Part shown: positions 6,309 to 14,838 of the stretch, piece after piece | How the letters are laid out: each line of letters opens with the position of its first letter | Numbering within the stretch: position 1 is the first letter of the stretch | Notes under the pieces: generated by a model | Told to the model about the DNA's origin: nothing | Databases searched by the model: none | The model's input: the letters and a program-made list of their open reading frames with translations, nothing else | Translations under genes and position numbers: made by a program | IMG/VR virus record: IMGVR_UViG_3300025875_000048 | Coordinates: 1-46,031 of that record | Strand: one strand, 5' to 3' | Length of the DNA: 46,031 bases | From: a virus | Lineage: Duplodnaviria; Caudoviricetes

Positions 6309-6479
6309 CTATACGCTGATAGAGCCATCGTACCACCACATAAACAGCGCCAACACAGCAGGAATAGCGGCGGCGGGATAGAAGGCGGGGTCAACTAACC
6401 ACCCCATCAACAGAAAGAGCAACGCGACAATCTGAAAGATATAGGCGAGCTTTTTGGTTTCTTTTTTTACAGTAGGCAT
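6309..6479 (-). CDS. Small two-TM membrane protein (56 aa, not in ORF track)
   Basis: Manual translation MPTVKKETKKLAYIFQIVALLFLLMGWLVDPAFYPAAAIPAVLALFMWWYDGSISV. Confidence 0.55.
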   Translation of the reverse strand: MPTVKKETKKLAYIFQIVALLFLLMGWLVDPAFYPAAAIPAVLALFMWWYDGSISV

Positions 6480-6502
6480 GGTATGTTAAGTAAGGAGTGA
6501 GA

Positions 6503-6748
6503 TTAAAGCTGACGGAGTGTTGGGATAGGGGCGGTGCGTACGATGGTATACTTGTGCTCCAACTCAGGAGATGCCACTCCTTTGTTGTAAGGGAGGTGCC
6601 CAAATCGGGCTTTTACCAGTTGGCCGTGCGCCCATTCGCGCTCTTCTGCTATGCTGCTGAAATGCCAGATAAGCAAGCCAATGGCAAGGGCCATAGCCCC
6701 AATTACCCAGCAAGCGCCGCAGAAGGCCACTTCATAGTTGAAATTCAT
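6503..6748 (-). CDS. Small membrane protein, hypothetical
   Basis: From ATG 6748 (MNFNYEVAF...) with one TM segment; the longer 248 aa frame overlaps the amidase and is unlikely. Confidence 0.55.
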   Translation of the reverse strand: MNFNYEVAFCGACWVIGAMALAIGLLIWHFSSIAEEREWAHGQLVKARFGHLPYNKGVASPELEHKYTIVRTAPIPTLRQL

Positions 6749-6756
6749 GGTATGCT

Positions 6757-6927
6757 TTAATTGAGAGCGAAGGGACGTAAGCGAACCGGCGTAGTCCGAA
6801 ACCCCAGCCCAGCGGCCGGGTGCCAAATGCGAATAAAGCCAGTGGGTTCCAGGCATTGCACCACCACCAGCGGGCCGTCGGCTGTATCCAGGTGGAAGGG
6901 TTGACCAGGGTAATAAGTTGTTTCCAT
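6757..6927 (-). CDS. Hypothetical protein (56 aa, not in ORF track)
   Basis: Manual translation METTYYPGQPFHLDTADG...; fills the gap between the amidase and the next ORF. Confidence 0.45.
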   Translation of the reverse strand: METTYYPGQPFHLDTADGPLVVVQCLEPTGFIRIWHPAAGLGFRTTPVRLRPFALN

Positions 6928-6941
6928 AGCAGAGAGAGAGG

Positions 6942-7478
6942 TTAGAGGTGCTGGTATTCAGGGATGGCGTTGAAGTTGGGGCAGGTCTTAATCCATTCAT
7001 CGGCCGTAATCTGCCCGTCCTTGTTTTTGTCCGGACTCGCGTCGCGGTGGCCGAGTACTTTGGCGTTGGGATACATCTTCTTCCAGCGCGCAATGATGAG
7101 CAGCAGCTCCCGTTTCTGGGCCGGGGTGCGGGTGTCCTTTCCTCCTTGGCCGCCCTTGTAGCAGACGTGCAGGGCGTGGGAGTTGTAGCCCGCAACGCCG
7201 TTGGTGTACAGCCAATCTTCCTGCAAGCGGTGGCGGGTGCCGTCGGCATCGACCATGATATGATACCCCGGCCGGCCTTTCCAGGTAGGGTACTTTCTGG
7301 CCCAGTAGTTCTTGATTTCCTGGGTGCTTTGGTTGGGCGGCCCGGCCGTGCAGTGGACGAAAATGTACTTCACATCCCGGCCGGGCGTTACCGCGACGGC
7401 GGCTTTGGTTGCTACTTGTTTGAGTGCCTGCGCGGTCGTGGCAAGAAGCTCCGCGTTAAGAAAGCTAAAGAGGCCCAT
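6942..7478 (-). CDS. Endolysin, N-acetylmuramoyl-L-alanine amidase (Amidase_2, T7 lysozyme-like)
   Basis: FVHCTA, GYHIMV, TNGVAGYN, LGHRD, KTCP zinc/catalytic motifs. Confidence 0.92.
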   Translation of the reverse strand: MGLFSFLNAELLATTAQALKQVATKAAVAVTPGRDVKYIFVHCTAGPPNQSTQEIKNYWARKYPTWKGRPGYHIMVDADGTRHRLQEDWLYTNGVAGYNSHALHVCYKGGQGGKDTRTPAQKRELLLIIARWKKMYPNAKVLGHRDASPDKNKDGQITADEWIKTCPNFNAIPEYQHL

Positions 7479-7881
7479 CGTGTCGGTTGGTTGGGGGTTC
7501 GTAATCGTCGCCGTCCGTTTCTTCTTCGGTCGTTAGCTCGGGCTTGCCGCGGCGGCGGACGTAGCCGTACGCCGCGGCCCCAATCCCTATTCCCGCCACG
7601 CCAAACCAGCCGCCTACATAGGAATCCGGCAAAGCATGGGCGGGAACAATGGTGGCAATCACAGAGGATACCACCAGGATAAAGAGCGCCGTATAGACGG
7701 CAATGGCGTTGGAGTTCGGCACCCCGTTTTCGTTGGCGAAGGTGCGCCAGACCAAGCCCGGCGGGTCGCGGCGGAAGAGCTTGCTAAACAGCAACACACT
7801 CAGCACCACCACCGCCAAAGACAGCCCCACCACCAGGCTCCACGGGCTACGCAGATAAGCTTGCAGCTCGTAGATACTCAT
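7465..7881 (-). CDS. Putative holin (three TM segments)
   Basis: Three hydrophobic segments and a charged C-terminus; overlaps the amidase start. Confidence 0.6.
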   Translation of the reverse strand: MSIYELQAYLRSPWSLVVGLSLAVVVLSVLLFSKLFRRDPPGLVWRTFANENGVPNSNAIAVYTALFILVVSSVIATIVPAHALPDSYVGGWFGVAGIGIGAAAYGYVRRRGKPELTTEEETDGDDYEPPTNRHDGPL

Positions 7882-8297
7882 AGCATCCTCCCCACTACCA
7901 GCCCCATAGCCGTACTGAATAAGACCCACCCGAGTCCTTTCGCGGTGGCGTGGGCTATCTTCTTGCGGAGCAGTTTATTTTCGGTGTTGGCATCCACGTA
8001 CATATTCCAGCTGCGGAGCCCGGATTCCTGCGCGGTCTTTTTCTGTTCCTCACAGGTGGCAATGGTGGCTTTGAGGCCGAATACCCTCCGGTCTTGCTCC
8101 AGCACGGTTTCATAGAGTTCATCTACCTTCTGTGCTAGTTGCTGCTGACTACGCAGGCCGTCGGCTACCTTGCTTACCTGTTTTTCACTTAGGGAGGGGG
8201 TCGTTGCAGTGCTTGCAGTTGATTGGGCCAGGGTAGGTTTCCAGCAGCCGAACATTAGCAGCGTGCTGAGCAGGACGAGATAGAGCTTGGTGGGCAT
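7878..8297 (-). CDS. Putative spanin-like protein (signal/lipobox-like LMFGC, coiled coil, C-terminal TM)
   Basis: Position in the lysis cassette; overlaps the upstream membrane coiled-coil gene. Confidence 0.5.
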   Translation of the reverse strand: MPTKLYLVLLSTLLMFGCWKPTLAQSTASTATTPSLSEKQVSKVADGLRSQQQLAQKVDELYETVLEQDRRVFGLKATIATCEEQKKTAQESGLRSWNMYVDANTENKLLRKKIAHATAKGLGWVLFSTAMGLVVGRML

Positions 8298-8574
8298 CGG
8301 TCTGGGCTTTATGGGTGATGACGAGTTGATTGTAGGTGTCCTTGCGTTGACTCAGGGCAATGGAGTCCACGCGGTTCTGTTCTTTCAGGCCCGCGTACTG
8401 CGTTTCCAATACCTGGTAGCGGTGGTTGAGCGAGTCGATTAAGGCCAGTTCCCGTTTGCGTTGGGCCTTGGTCAGCAGCACGCCGTCGGGCTGGGGTTTG
8501 GGCCAGAAGAAGATCAAGGCCAGCCCTAGCAGTGCCGCGCCTATCGTGATTTTCAGCCAGAGGGGGAGGGTCAT
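8185..8574 (-). CDS. Putative inner-membrane spanin-like protein
   Basis: N-terminal TM followed by a coiled coil; lysis cassette context. Confidence 0.5.
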   Translation of the reverse strand: MTLPLWLKITIGAALLGLALIFFWPKPQPDGVLLTKAQRKRELALIDSLNHRYQVLETQYAGLKEQNRVDSIALSQRKDTYNQLVITHKAQTDAHQALSRPAQHAANVRLLETYPGPINCKHCNDPLPK

Positions 8575-8650
8575 GCGAGTAGACAGGTAAGAGTCAATAG
8601 AGCAAGCAAGGCCAGCAGCAGGTACAGCAGGGATCGATTAGAAGGCCACA

Positions 8651-9001
8651 TTATTTGAAGATTTTATCAAGCGCCCACAGCATGACGGCCGCCGCCCACC
8701 CGGCCACGACAAAGCCGCCTATCACTTTCCATTTCAGCTCTTTCGCCCAATCCGCAATCACTTCCAAGCTCTCCATGCGCTGCACCATGCCCCGGGTTTT
8801 CATGGAGTCGTCTCCCACCAAGGCCACCAGAATGGCGTCGGTTTTCTTGTTCTGCCCAATCACGGCCGCCTGATAGACTGCCAGCTCGTCTTTTAAGCGC
8901 TGCTGATCGATTTCCAGCATTTCCACTTTGGCTTCCAAGCGAATAATCTTGCGTTCATGGTCTTGCAGCATAACATCGGGCGGGGGCATAGAAGAGGGCA
9001 C
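8651..9001 (-). CDS. Coiled-coil protein with C-terminal TM (holin/antiholin-like)
   Basis: Heptad-rich N-terminus and hydrophobic C-terminus; first gene of the lysis cassette. Confidence 0.55.
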   Translation of the reverse strand: MPSSMPPPDVMLQDHERKIIRLEAKVEMLEIDQQRLKDELAVYQAAVIGQNKKTDAILVALVGDDSMKTRGMVQRMESLEVIADWAKELKWKVIGGFVVAGWAAAVMLWALDKIFK

Positions 9002-9042
9002 AGGGGATAGCAGCGGGGTCTAAGACAGGAGCGGAAGAGGGA

Positions 9043-12000
9043 TTAGGCGAAGGCAGGACCAACTAGCTTGTCAGCCGAATACCCGGCTGGCAGATACCCG
9101 TTGTTCTGGTTTAGGCTCGCTTCCGGCGGGGTGGCGACATAGGGTACCGGGGCGGAGGTGAGAAAGAGCAGCTGGGGTTTCTCCGTCAGCTGCCAGGCGT
9201 AAGAGCCGGCCGGTACCTCCGTAATCGTCGGGGTGGTGGTGGTTTGGCTGAGCCGGTATTTCAAACTAGCCGGTACCGTGCTGGTGTAGGTAGCGGTGGC
9301 TCCCTCTTCTTTGGGTACCCAGCCGACTTTGGCCCGTACACCCGTAACCGGATGCTTGTAGATGGTCACGCGTGGTTCCAGGCTTTCGGTGCTTTCATAC
9401 ACCATTTCGCCGAGCAGTTGATTGAGTTGGTAGTACATATTACCAGCCATCCGTCTGGTTTTGTCGGCATTGATAATACCGCAGTAGCTGTAGCGTGTGT
9501 GCAGGGAAGGTGGTGTACTGGCATCCTCCATCATGTACATTTCCAGTCCATCCAGTCCTACCCGGTCCATTTCCAGCGCGGTGCGACCCATCCAGTCGGC
9601 TTGGTTATTTTCCAGTGTTGCCAGTGGAATTACGTTGTTCACCGCCGCGGCCACGTCCATCGGGCGGGCGGCCCGCTGCGTACTCTGGCCTAAGTCGTAG
9701 CCAAACTCGCCAATGAAAAGGAGAAGCTCGGGGTCCATCTTTTCGGCCACGAAATCCGCGAATTCCTGATATTTGGCGGCATACTGCGCAGGTTCCGGTG
9801 CCCGGCCCCGCGTAATCGTACCACTTTGCGTAATACCAATGTCCGTGGCGTAGGCGTGATATTTAATCGCGTGAAACGGCAGGTCTACTTTGCCATTGGC
9901 CTTGTAGCCCCGGTGTTCGCGGCACCAGTCCAGAATGCCTTGTAGAAATTCTGTAGTAGCGGTAGCCGAACCATCGAGGGCCAGCCGCATGGTTGGGTCA
10001 ATATTGACAATGCCCGCATCCGGCCCTAGGGTACCTTTGTGTCCGTCGTAATAGGCAGAGGCACGGGCGGCCCGCATCCGGCCGTTCATATACCCTTGTC
10101 GGCCTCTCCAATCGGAATCGGACTCGTTGTTGATCTCAATCCAGTTGAGCAAGTCCAGGCCGGTGCGCTTCTTGTTGGTCGGGAAACCGCCGCCCGGTGC
10201 CTGATACACCTTGATTCGGGATTCATCTACCACTACCCGGCCATAGCGCATCGTCACCTGGCCAACCAACAACGCCCCGTGCTTGTGAGCTTCCGGCGTT
10301 TCCGCGTAGGCCAGCGTAGCCGCCCACGAACCTTGCCATTTGACGGTCATCTGTTCCGTGGTCCGCATATCCGCCGGCCACGTTTCTTGAATCCAGCCAG
10401 GGGCGTTTTTCAGCACTAGCAGCACCTCCTGCCCTTGGCTCTTAAGTCCAGCTAGCCACGTATCCGTGTTGAAGCTACCGGCCTCATGCCAACCGGGACC
10501 AAGCATATACTGGCCTTCAATCGGCTCCACGCGAAAACGGTCATGATACCCGCGGGTGCGGCCAAACATGCGTTGCAATCCCATCAGGACGGGCGAGAGC
10601 AATGACGGATCATCCGACTTCAGTGTATTCCACGGGAAAGAGTTAGCCCCTAGCATTTGCTTGAAGGGCTTGCTACGGCGTACCGGGGCGGTCGGAGTAA
10701 GGGGCGTAATCCACGTACCGAACAACTCCACTTCCGAGGGTTCGTCAAAGAAGGCATCACAGACCGCGACAATCCAGGTAACCGGCGTGTCCTGCGGAAG
10801 CGTGAACTCCACCCAGCCTTGGTTGGGCTGAATTTCGCCGAGTAGGGTTTTCTCGAAACTGCCCCGCGCGATGTAGTACCACGTAATCTTGCTGTTCCAG
10901 TCCCGCGAAAACACCCGGATTTTATTCAGGTTAAAGCGGTACTTGCGCGTATCGATCCGATAGGTGGTCTTATCGTCGTTGTTTTTCAGGCGCATTTCCC
11001 CGCCGTAGGTCTTGCGCAGGTCGTTGTCAGTCCAATTGGAGTCCGAGTCGTCGTCGCGCACGTTGTTGACCGCGTACACGTCTTTGCCGGTATAGAGTAG
11101 TTCTCCCGATTGGCGGGTGCCGCTATCCCACAGGGCGAAGAACGGATCAGCATCCACTCCTGGTGTAGGCAGGGTGGGTGGCGGTGTTGGGGCATTGAGC
11201 TTGAGCAGGTTAATCAGCCCTGTGCTCGCATTGTAGCTGAACTCGTCGGCTCCCTCTACTACGACGTTGGTTAAGGTTACCCCACTTACTACTACCGATA
11301 GGTCATGGTAGCGGCTGTAGGAGGGGAGGGCTGAACGGTCAATCGTCCAGGTAACGGTATTACCGGAAACAACCGGGGCGCTGATCGGGCAGAGGCGTTT
11401 TACTTCCTCGTATTCCGCTACTTCTTGGAGGTTGTAGATACCCAACCCCTGCCCGTCACTGTTGGTGGGATGGTTGAGCGCGTAGCGCAGGAAGGCTTCG
11501 AAGTTGTCGGCTTGCCCGGCCCCTGGCCCGTGGTCGCCAATCGAGAATACCACCCGCTCCCCGGCGTTGAACTGCTGTTGCGCGTACGTTACCTGATTGT
11601 CGTACCAGCTGAGCTGATCCGCACTATTCCAGTTCATCAAATGCGGCAGGAACCGGCGGTTGCTGATCAATCGCTGAGGGTTGGTAGCCCGGGGCAACCG
11701 TACCCGGTCGCCGTACTGCACTTCACTCTGATACGGCGCGGCGTTGGGGGAGCCATCGCCCCCGAATCCTTCGCTCGTATTCCACAGCATTTCAGCCAGC
11801 TCGAATGTGGCACCGGTGTAGTAGTTGAAGCCACCGGGCGTGGTCATGGTGCGCGGCCGGAATCCTAACTTGCTTTCAAACGTGACTTGTGCCCGCTGCA
11901 AATCGGCAGTGGCTTCCGCAATACTGTTGAACGGGCCGTGGTTTTCACTATGGCTGGAGGCGCCAAACCCCCGGTGGCGCTTGAACATGCGGTCGAACTG

Positions 12001-12639
12001 CGCCCAACTCGTAATCTGTGGGTTGTCTTCCGTATCCCGGCCGTTGGTGCCGTTGACTTTGGTGGTAATGGCGAATGTATGGCCAGCAAAGACCGGCTTA
12101 CCCGCGCCATCCGAAAAGGAAACACCGGAATAGCTCTTGCCATTGGCCGCAACACCTCCGAGCAACACTTCTTCCACTACGGTTTCGTCACTCTTGCCGC
12201 CATCATCCGACGTGATACAGAGCCCGAATCGCTTGTTGTACTTCAGTCCGGCTTTGGTCAGGGTAGCGTTGGTGGGCGTACCACTAACAGTAGCGGTAAT
12301 CTTGAACGTGCTGCCGGTGGTAACGGGTGGTGTTACTACCACCTTCGCGTCAATAAACGGGCTGCCGGTTGGCGCACTCGCCGGGGTGGTGCCGCTGGCT
12401 TGCACGCGGGCTTGCCAGGTATCGGCCAAGTGAATCAGATCATCTACTTGTACCGTGGCGTACGGACCCCACGGGCCATCTAAATACTTCAATTCCAGCG
12501 GGCCGGAACCGGCAAAGCTCAGTACCCGGGTGGTGGGATTGAAGAAATAAGTAGGCGCAGTAGGTGCGGTAGGAACGGTAGGCTGTCCAACGCCTGGCAG
12601 CCGCCGGCCAAAGGGTATGCTTGGGAAAGGAGTCAGCAT
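9043..12639 (-). CDS. Large polysaccharide-active protein: polysaccharide deacetylase-like domain plus clan GH-A glycoside hydrolase domain (putative depolymerase)
   Basis: TSDDGGKSD and SSHSENH (CE4/NodB-like); WIEINNESD (acid/base NE) and FIGEFGYD (nucleophile); ATG 12639 coupled to the upstream stop. Confidence 0.75.
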   Translation of the reverse strand: MLTPFPSIPFGRRLPGVGQPTVPTAPTAPTYFFNPTTRVLSFAGSGPLELKYLDGPWGPYATVQVDDLIHLADTWQARVQASGTTPASAPTGSPFIDAKVVVTPPVTTGSTFKITATVSGTPTNATLTKAGLKYNKRFGLCITSDDGGKSDETVVEEVLLGGVAANGKSYSGVSFSDGAGKPVFAGHTFAITTKVNGTNGRDTEDNPQITSWAQFDRMFKRHRGFGASSHSENHGPFNSIAEATADLQRAQVTFESKLGFRPRTMTTPGGFNYYTGATFELAEMLWNTSEGFGGDGSPNAAPYQSEVQYGDRVRLPRATNPQRLISNRRFLPHLMNWNSADQLSWYDNQVTYAQQQFNAGERVVFSIGDHGPGAGQADNFEAFLRYALNHPTNSDGQGLGIYNLQEVAEYEEVKRLCPISAPVVSGNTVTWTIDRSALPSYSRYHDLSVVVSGVTLTNVVVEGADEFSYNASTGLINLLKLNAPTPPPTLPTPGVDADPFFALWDSGTRQSGELLYTGKDVYAVNNVRDDDSDSNWTDNDLRKTYGGEMRLKNNDDKTTYRIDTRKYRFNLNKIRVFSRDWNSKITWYYIARGSFEKTLLGEIQPNQGWVEFTLPQDTPVTWIVAVCDAFFDEPSEVELFGTWITPLTPTAPVRRSKPFKQMLGANSFPWNTLKSDDPSLLSPVLMGLQRMFGRTRGYHDRFRVEPIEGQYMLGPGWHEAGSFNTDTWLAGLKSQGQEVLLVLKNAPGWIQETWPADMRTTEQMTVKWQGSWAATLAYAETPEAHKHGALLVGQVTMRYGRVVVDESRIKVYQAPGGGFPTNKKRTGLDLLNWIEINNESDSDWRGRQGYMNGRMRAARASAYYDGHKGTLGPDAGIVNIDPTMRLALDGSATATTEFLQGILDWCREHRGYKANGKVDLPFHAIKYHAYATDIGITQSGTITRGRAPEPAQYAAKYQEFADFVAEKMDPELLLFIGEFGYDLGQSTQRAARPMDVAAAVNNVIPLATLENNQADWMGRTALEMDRVGLDGLEMYMMEDASTPPSLHTRYSYCGIINADKTRRMAGNMYYQLNQLLGEMVYESTESLEPRVTIYKHPVTGVRAKVGWVPKEEGATATYTSTVPASLKYRLSQTTTTPTITEVPAGSYAWQLTEKPQLLFLTSAPVPYVATPPEASLNQNNGYLPAGYSADKLVGPAFA

Positions 12640-12640
12640 C

Positions 12641-13204
12641 TTACGCGGTTTTCTTGGTGAGGGAGGCCTTGGCAATCACAGCGGTGCTGGAGTTGGATTC
12701 GACCGAAAAGCGGAATAATCCCGTGGCTTCGGCAGTTATTGGGAAGGTGTTTTCTCCTACTACCAAAGGTTTGTAGCCAAATCCCGACCCATCCGGCCGT
12801 ACGAACTGGAAGTACACGCCCGGCCCTTTGATGCTTTCCACTGGAATGTCTACCGTGTACACCTGTGCTTTCACTAGTTGCACTTCTGCTCGCTTGGTGT
12901 TGCGGCCGGTCAGGGTGAAGGGCTTGGCAAAGCTGGTGTCGGTCAGTAGTTCGGCTGGGGCCACCGTCGGTGTTGGGGTGGTAGGTGCTACCACGACCGG
13001 CGCGGTGGGCGTTGGATTAGTCGGTGTGCTGACCCCGGTACCTAGTGGCACGTTCTTGAGTATCCATTCAGCTACCAGCGGTGCGTCTTTGGCAGAGAGG
13101 ATATGTAATAACTCAGGACGCACCATTCCATTCTCATCGAAGGTGTAGGCCAGCGCGTCGGCGAGGGTTTTGATCTTGGCGAATTGTTCGAGGAGGGTAG
13201 CCAT
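12641..13204 (-). CDS. Tail-region protein with Pro/Thr linker and C-terminal beta-rich domain
   Basis: PTNPTPTAP...PTTPTPT linker; beta-rich C-terminus. Confidence 0.7.
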   Translation of the reverse strand: MATLLEQFAKIKTLADALAYTFDENGMVRPELLHILSAKDAPLVAEWILKNVPLGTGVSTPTNPTPTAPVVVAPTTPTPTVAPAELLTDTSFAKPFTLTGRNTKRAEVQLVKAQVYTVDIPVESIKGPGVYFQFVRPDGSGFGYKPLVVGENTFPITAEATGLFRFSVESNSSTAVIAKASLTKKTA

Positions 13205-13403
13205 GAGGAGAGAGGAAGAGGGGGTGTAGGGTGGCTGGCGGGGAAAGGGCTACAGAGCACGCAGAAGTTGTTCTTGAGAGGAGCGCAGAGGGGCGGGGTT
13301 GCGGCCGTTCATCGCTAGCGGCGAGAGTTGAAATACAGATGGCCCACGGCGGCTACAAAAACCAGCGCGAAAGCCGGTACCGCCCACGTCGGAAGCACCA
13401 GCA

Positions 13404-13775
13404 TCAGGCGAACTTGGCTAATAGTCCTTGCCGCACCGGTTCCAGGTCAGGATAGGCCGACAAGTCCAGGTTTTGAATCAGATGAATGGCCTCATCGTTG
13501 GCACCGTCGTTGATACAGTCCAGTACCTGCGTTTTCACGCTGCGAAACACGGCCCGCACCGCGACCGGCAAGGCCATGAAATCCGCCAGCAAGGCTTCTT
13601 TGAAAGCGAGTTGCGCCTGTTCTTCATCGACTGGTACCACGTATGGCTGCCAGTCGGCCGGCAGGTCGGCCTCCTTGACTAGTGTATAGTTGAGGGGTGG
13701 CACGTACCGGGCGGGTACCACATCCAGGAAACGGTGCACGGTTTGGTCTAGCTGGGAGACAAGAGCGTAGCGCAT
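13404..13775 (-). CDS. Putative tail fibre-associated/chaperone protein
   Basis: ATG 13775 follows the fibre-like gene; helical C-terminus; positional assignment. Confidence 0.55.
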   Translation of the reverse strand: MRYALVSQLDQTVHRFLDVVPARYVPPLNYTLVKEADLPADWQPYVVPVDEEQAQLAFKEALLADFMALPVAVRAVFRSVKTQVLDCINDGANDEAIHLIQNLDLSAYPDLEPVRQGLLAKFA

Positions 13776-13779
13776 ATAC

Positions 13780-14802
13780 TTAGAACTGAAGAGGTAGAAT
13801 TTCCACGCGCTTAATGGCGCCAATAAAGCCGCTGCACTTCACGTAGAGGATGCTGCCAGCCAGATTCTGGGTCGGGGTGAAGTCGAAATAGAACTTGCCC
13901 GGTCCGCTGGTAATCGGGTCGTTGTAGTCAAGCAGGGTCAGAACCGAGATGCCGCCCGTGGCCGGGGTGCCGACGGGCAGGTTCTGCACCTCGATTTCCA
14001 GCCGGTAGCGCACGCCTTTCTTGACAGCGGGAATATTCTGCTCCAGGTATTTCTCGCCGGTGCTGGTGCTGATCATCACCTTGTTGGTGGCGTCGTACGT
14101 AAGCCCCCCTACCCAGCCGGTGGTGCGGTCGGCTGCGTAGCCGGTATCGAAATTGCCGTTTTTCAGCAAGCCCCCGGCGATTTGACCTGGAAACACCAAC
14201 AGGTCACACACGTTGCCGGTGCTCAGCAGCACGGACGAAGCGAGGGAGAGACTGGCCTGCACGCGCATGACGAAAGTATTGGCAGCCCCCACCCGTGCGC
14301 TCAGGCTCACGCCGCTCTCGTAGTCCGCTGGTGACAGAGCCGCCAGTAGCGCGTTGGCCTGCGCCTGTGTTTGGTTGGGGGCACCGTACGCTCTGGTGCC
14401 GACGCGGGTAGCCGTATCAACCTGGAATGTGACACCAGCGGCATTGTCCCCCAGCCGCACGGCGCTGATCTGCGTGGCCGCCGGTAGCTGCACTTCCTTC
14501 ACGCAGATAGCCGGAGTGCCGACCAGTTCTAAGAAAGAAGCCGCAGCCCCGCCCGCGCCTTTCAGCGCAAACTTGTCATCCGCTTCTTCTTTGGTGTAGG
14601 CATCAACCGGATTGCCGGGCAGATCCCCCACCGCCGCCCGAATAGCCGCCTGTCCTTCTGGTGTCGCCAGCGCTGGAAGAACAGCCAGGGTACCCAATAC
14701 TGGCACGTCCTCTTCCCGGAGCAGGGGCATTTTATCCGGATTAAACCCGTCGGGGGTGAGTTGCGGATTATCGTGTAGGAGTTGTTCTTGAGCGGAGCGC
14801 AT
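13780..14802 (-). CDS. Putative tail fibre/receptor-binding protein with C-terminal CBM-like domain
   Basis: DAYTKEEADDKFA motif seen in fibres; LLKNGNFD..GW..YLEQ..KGVRYRL pattern resembling CBM4/9-type modules. Confidence 0.65.
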   Translation of the reverse strand: MRSAQEQLLHDNPQLTPDGFNPDKMPLLREEDVPVLGTLAVLPALATPEGQAAIRAAVGDLPGNPVDAYTKEEADDKFALKGAGGAAASFLELVGTPAICVKEVQLPAATQISAVRLGDNAAGVTFQVDTATRVGTRAYGAPNQTQAQANALLAALSPADYESGVSLSARVGAANTFVMRVQASLSLASSVLLSTGNVCDLLVFPGQIAGGLLKNGNFDTGYAADRTTGWVGGLTYDATNKVMISTSTGEKYLEQNIPAVKKGVRYRLEIEVQNLPVGTPATGGISVLTLLDYNDPITSGPGKFYFDFTPTQNLAGSILYVKCSGFIGAIKRVEILPLQF

Positions 14803-14838
14803 GGCAGAGAGTTCAGGAGGGGAGGGGAGAGAGGTGGG

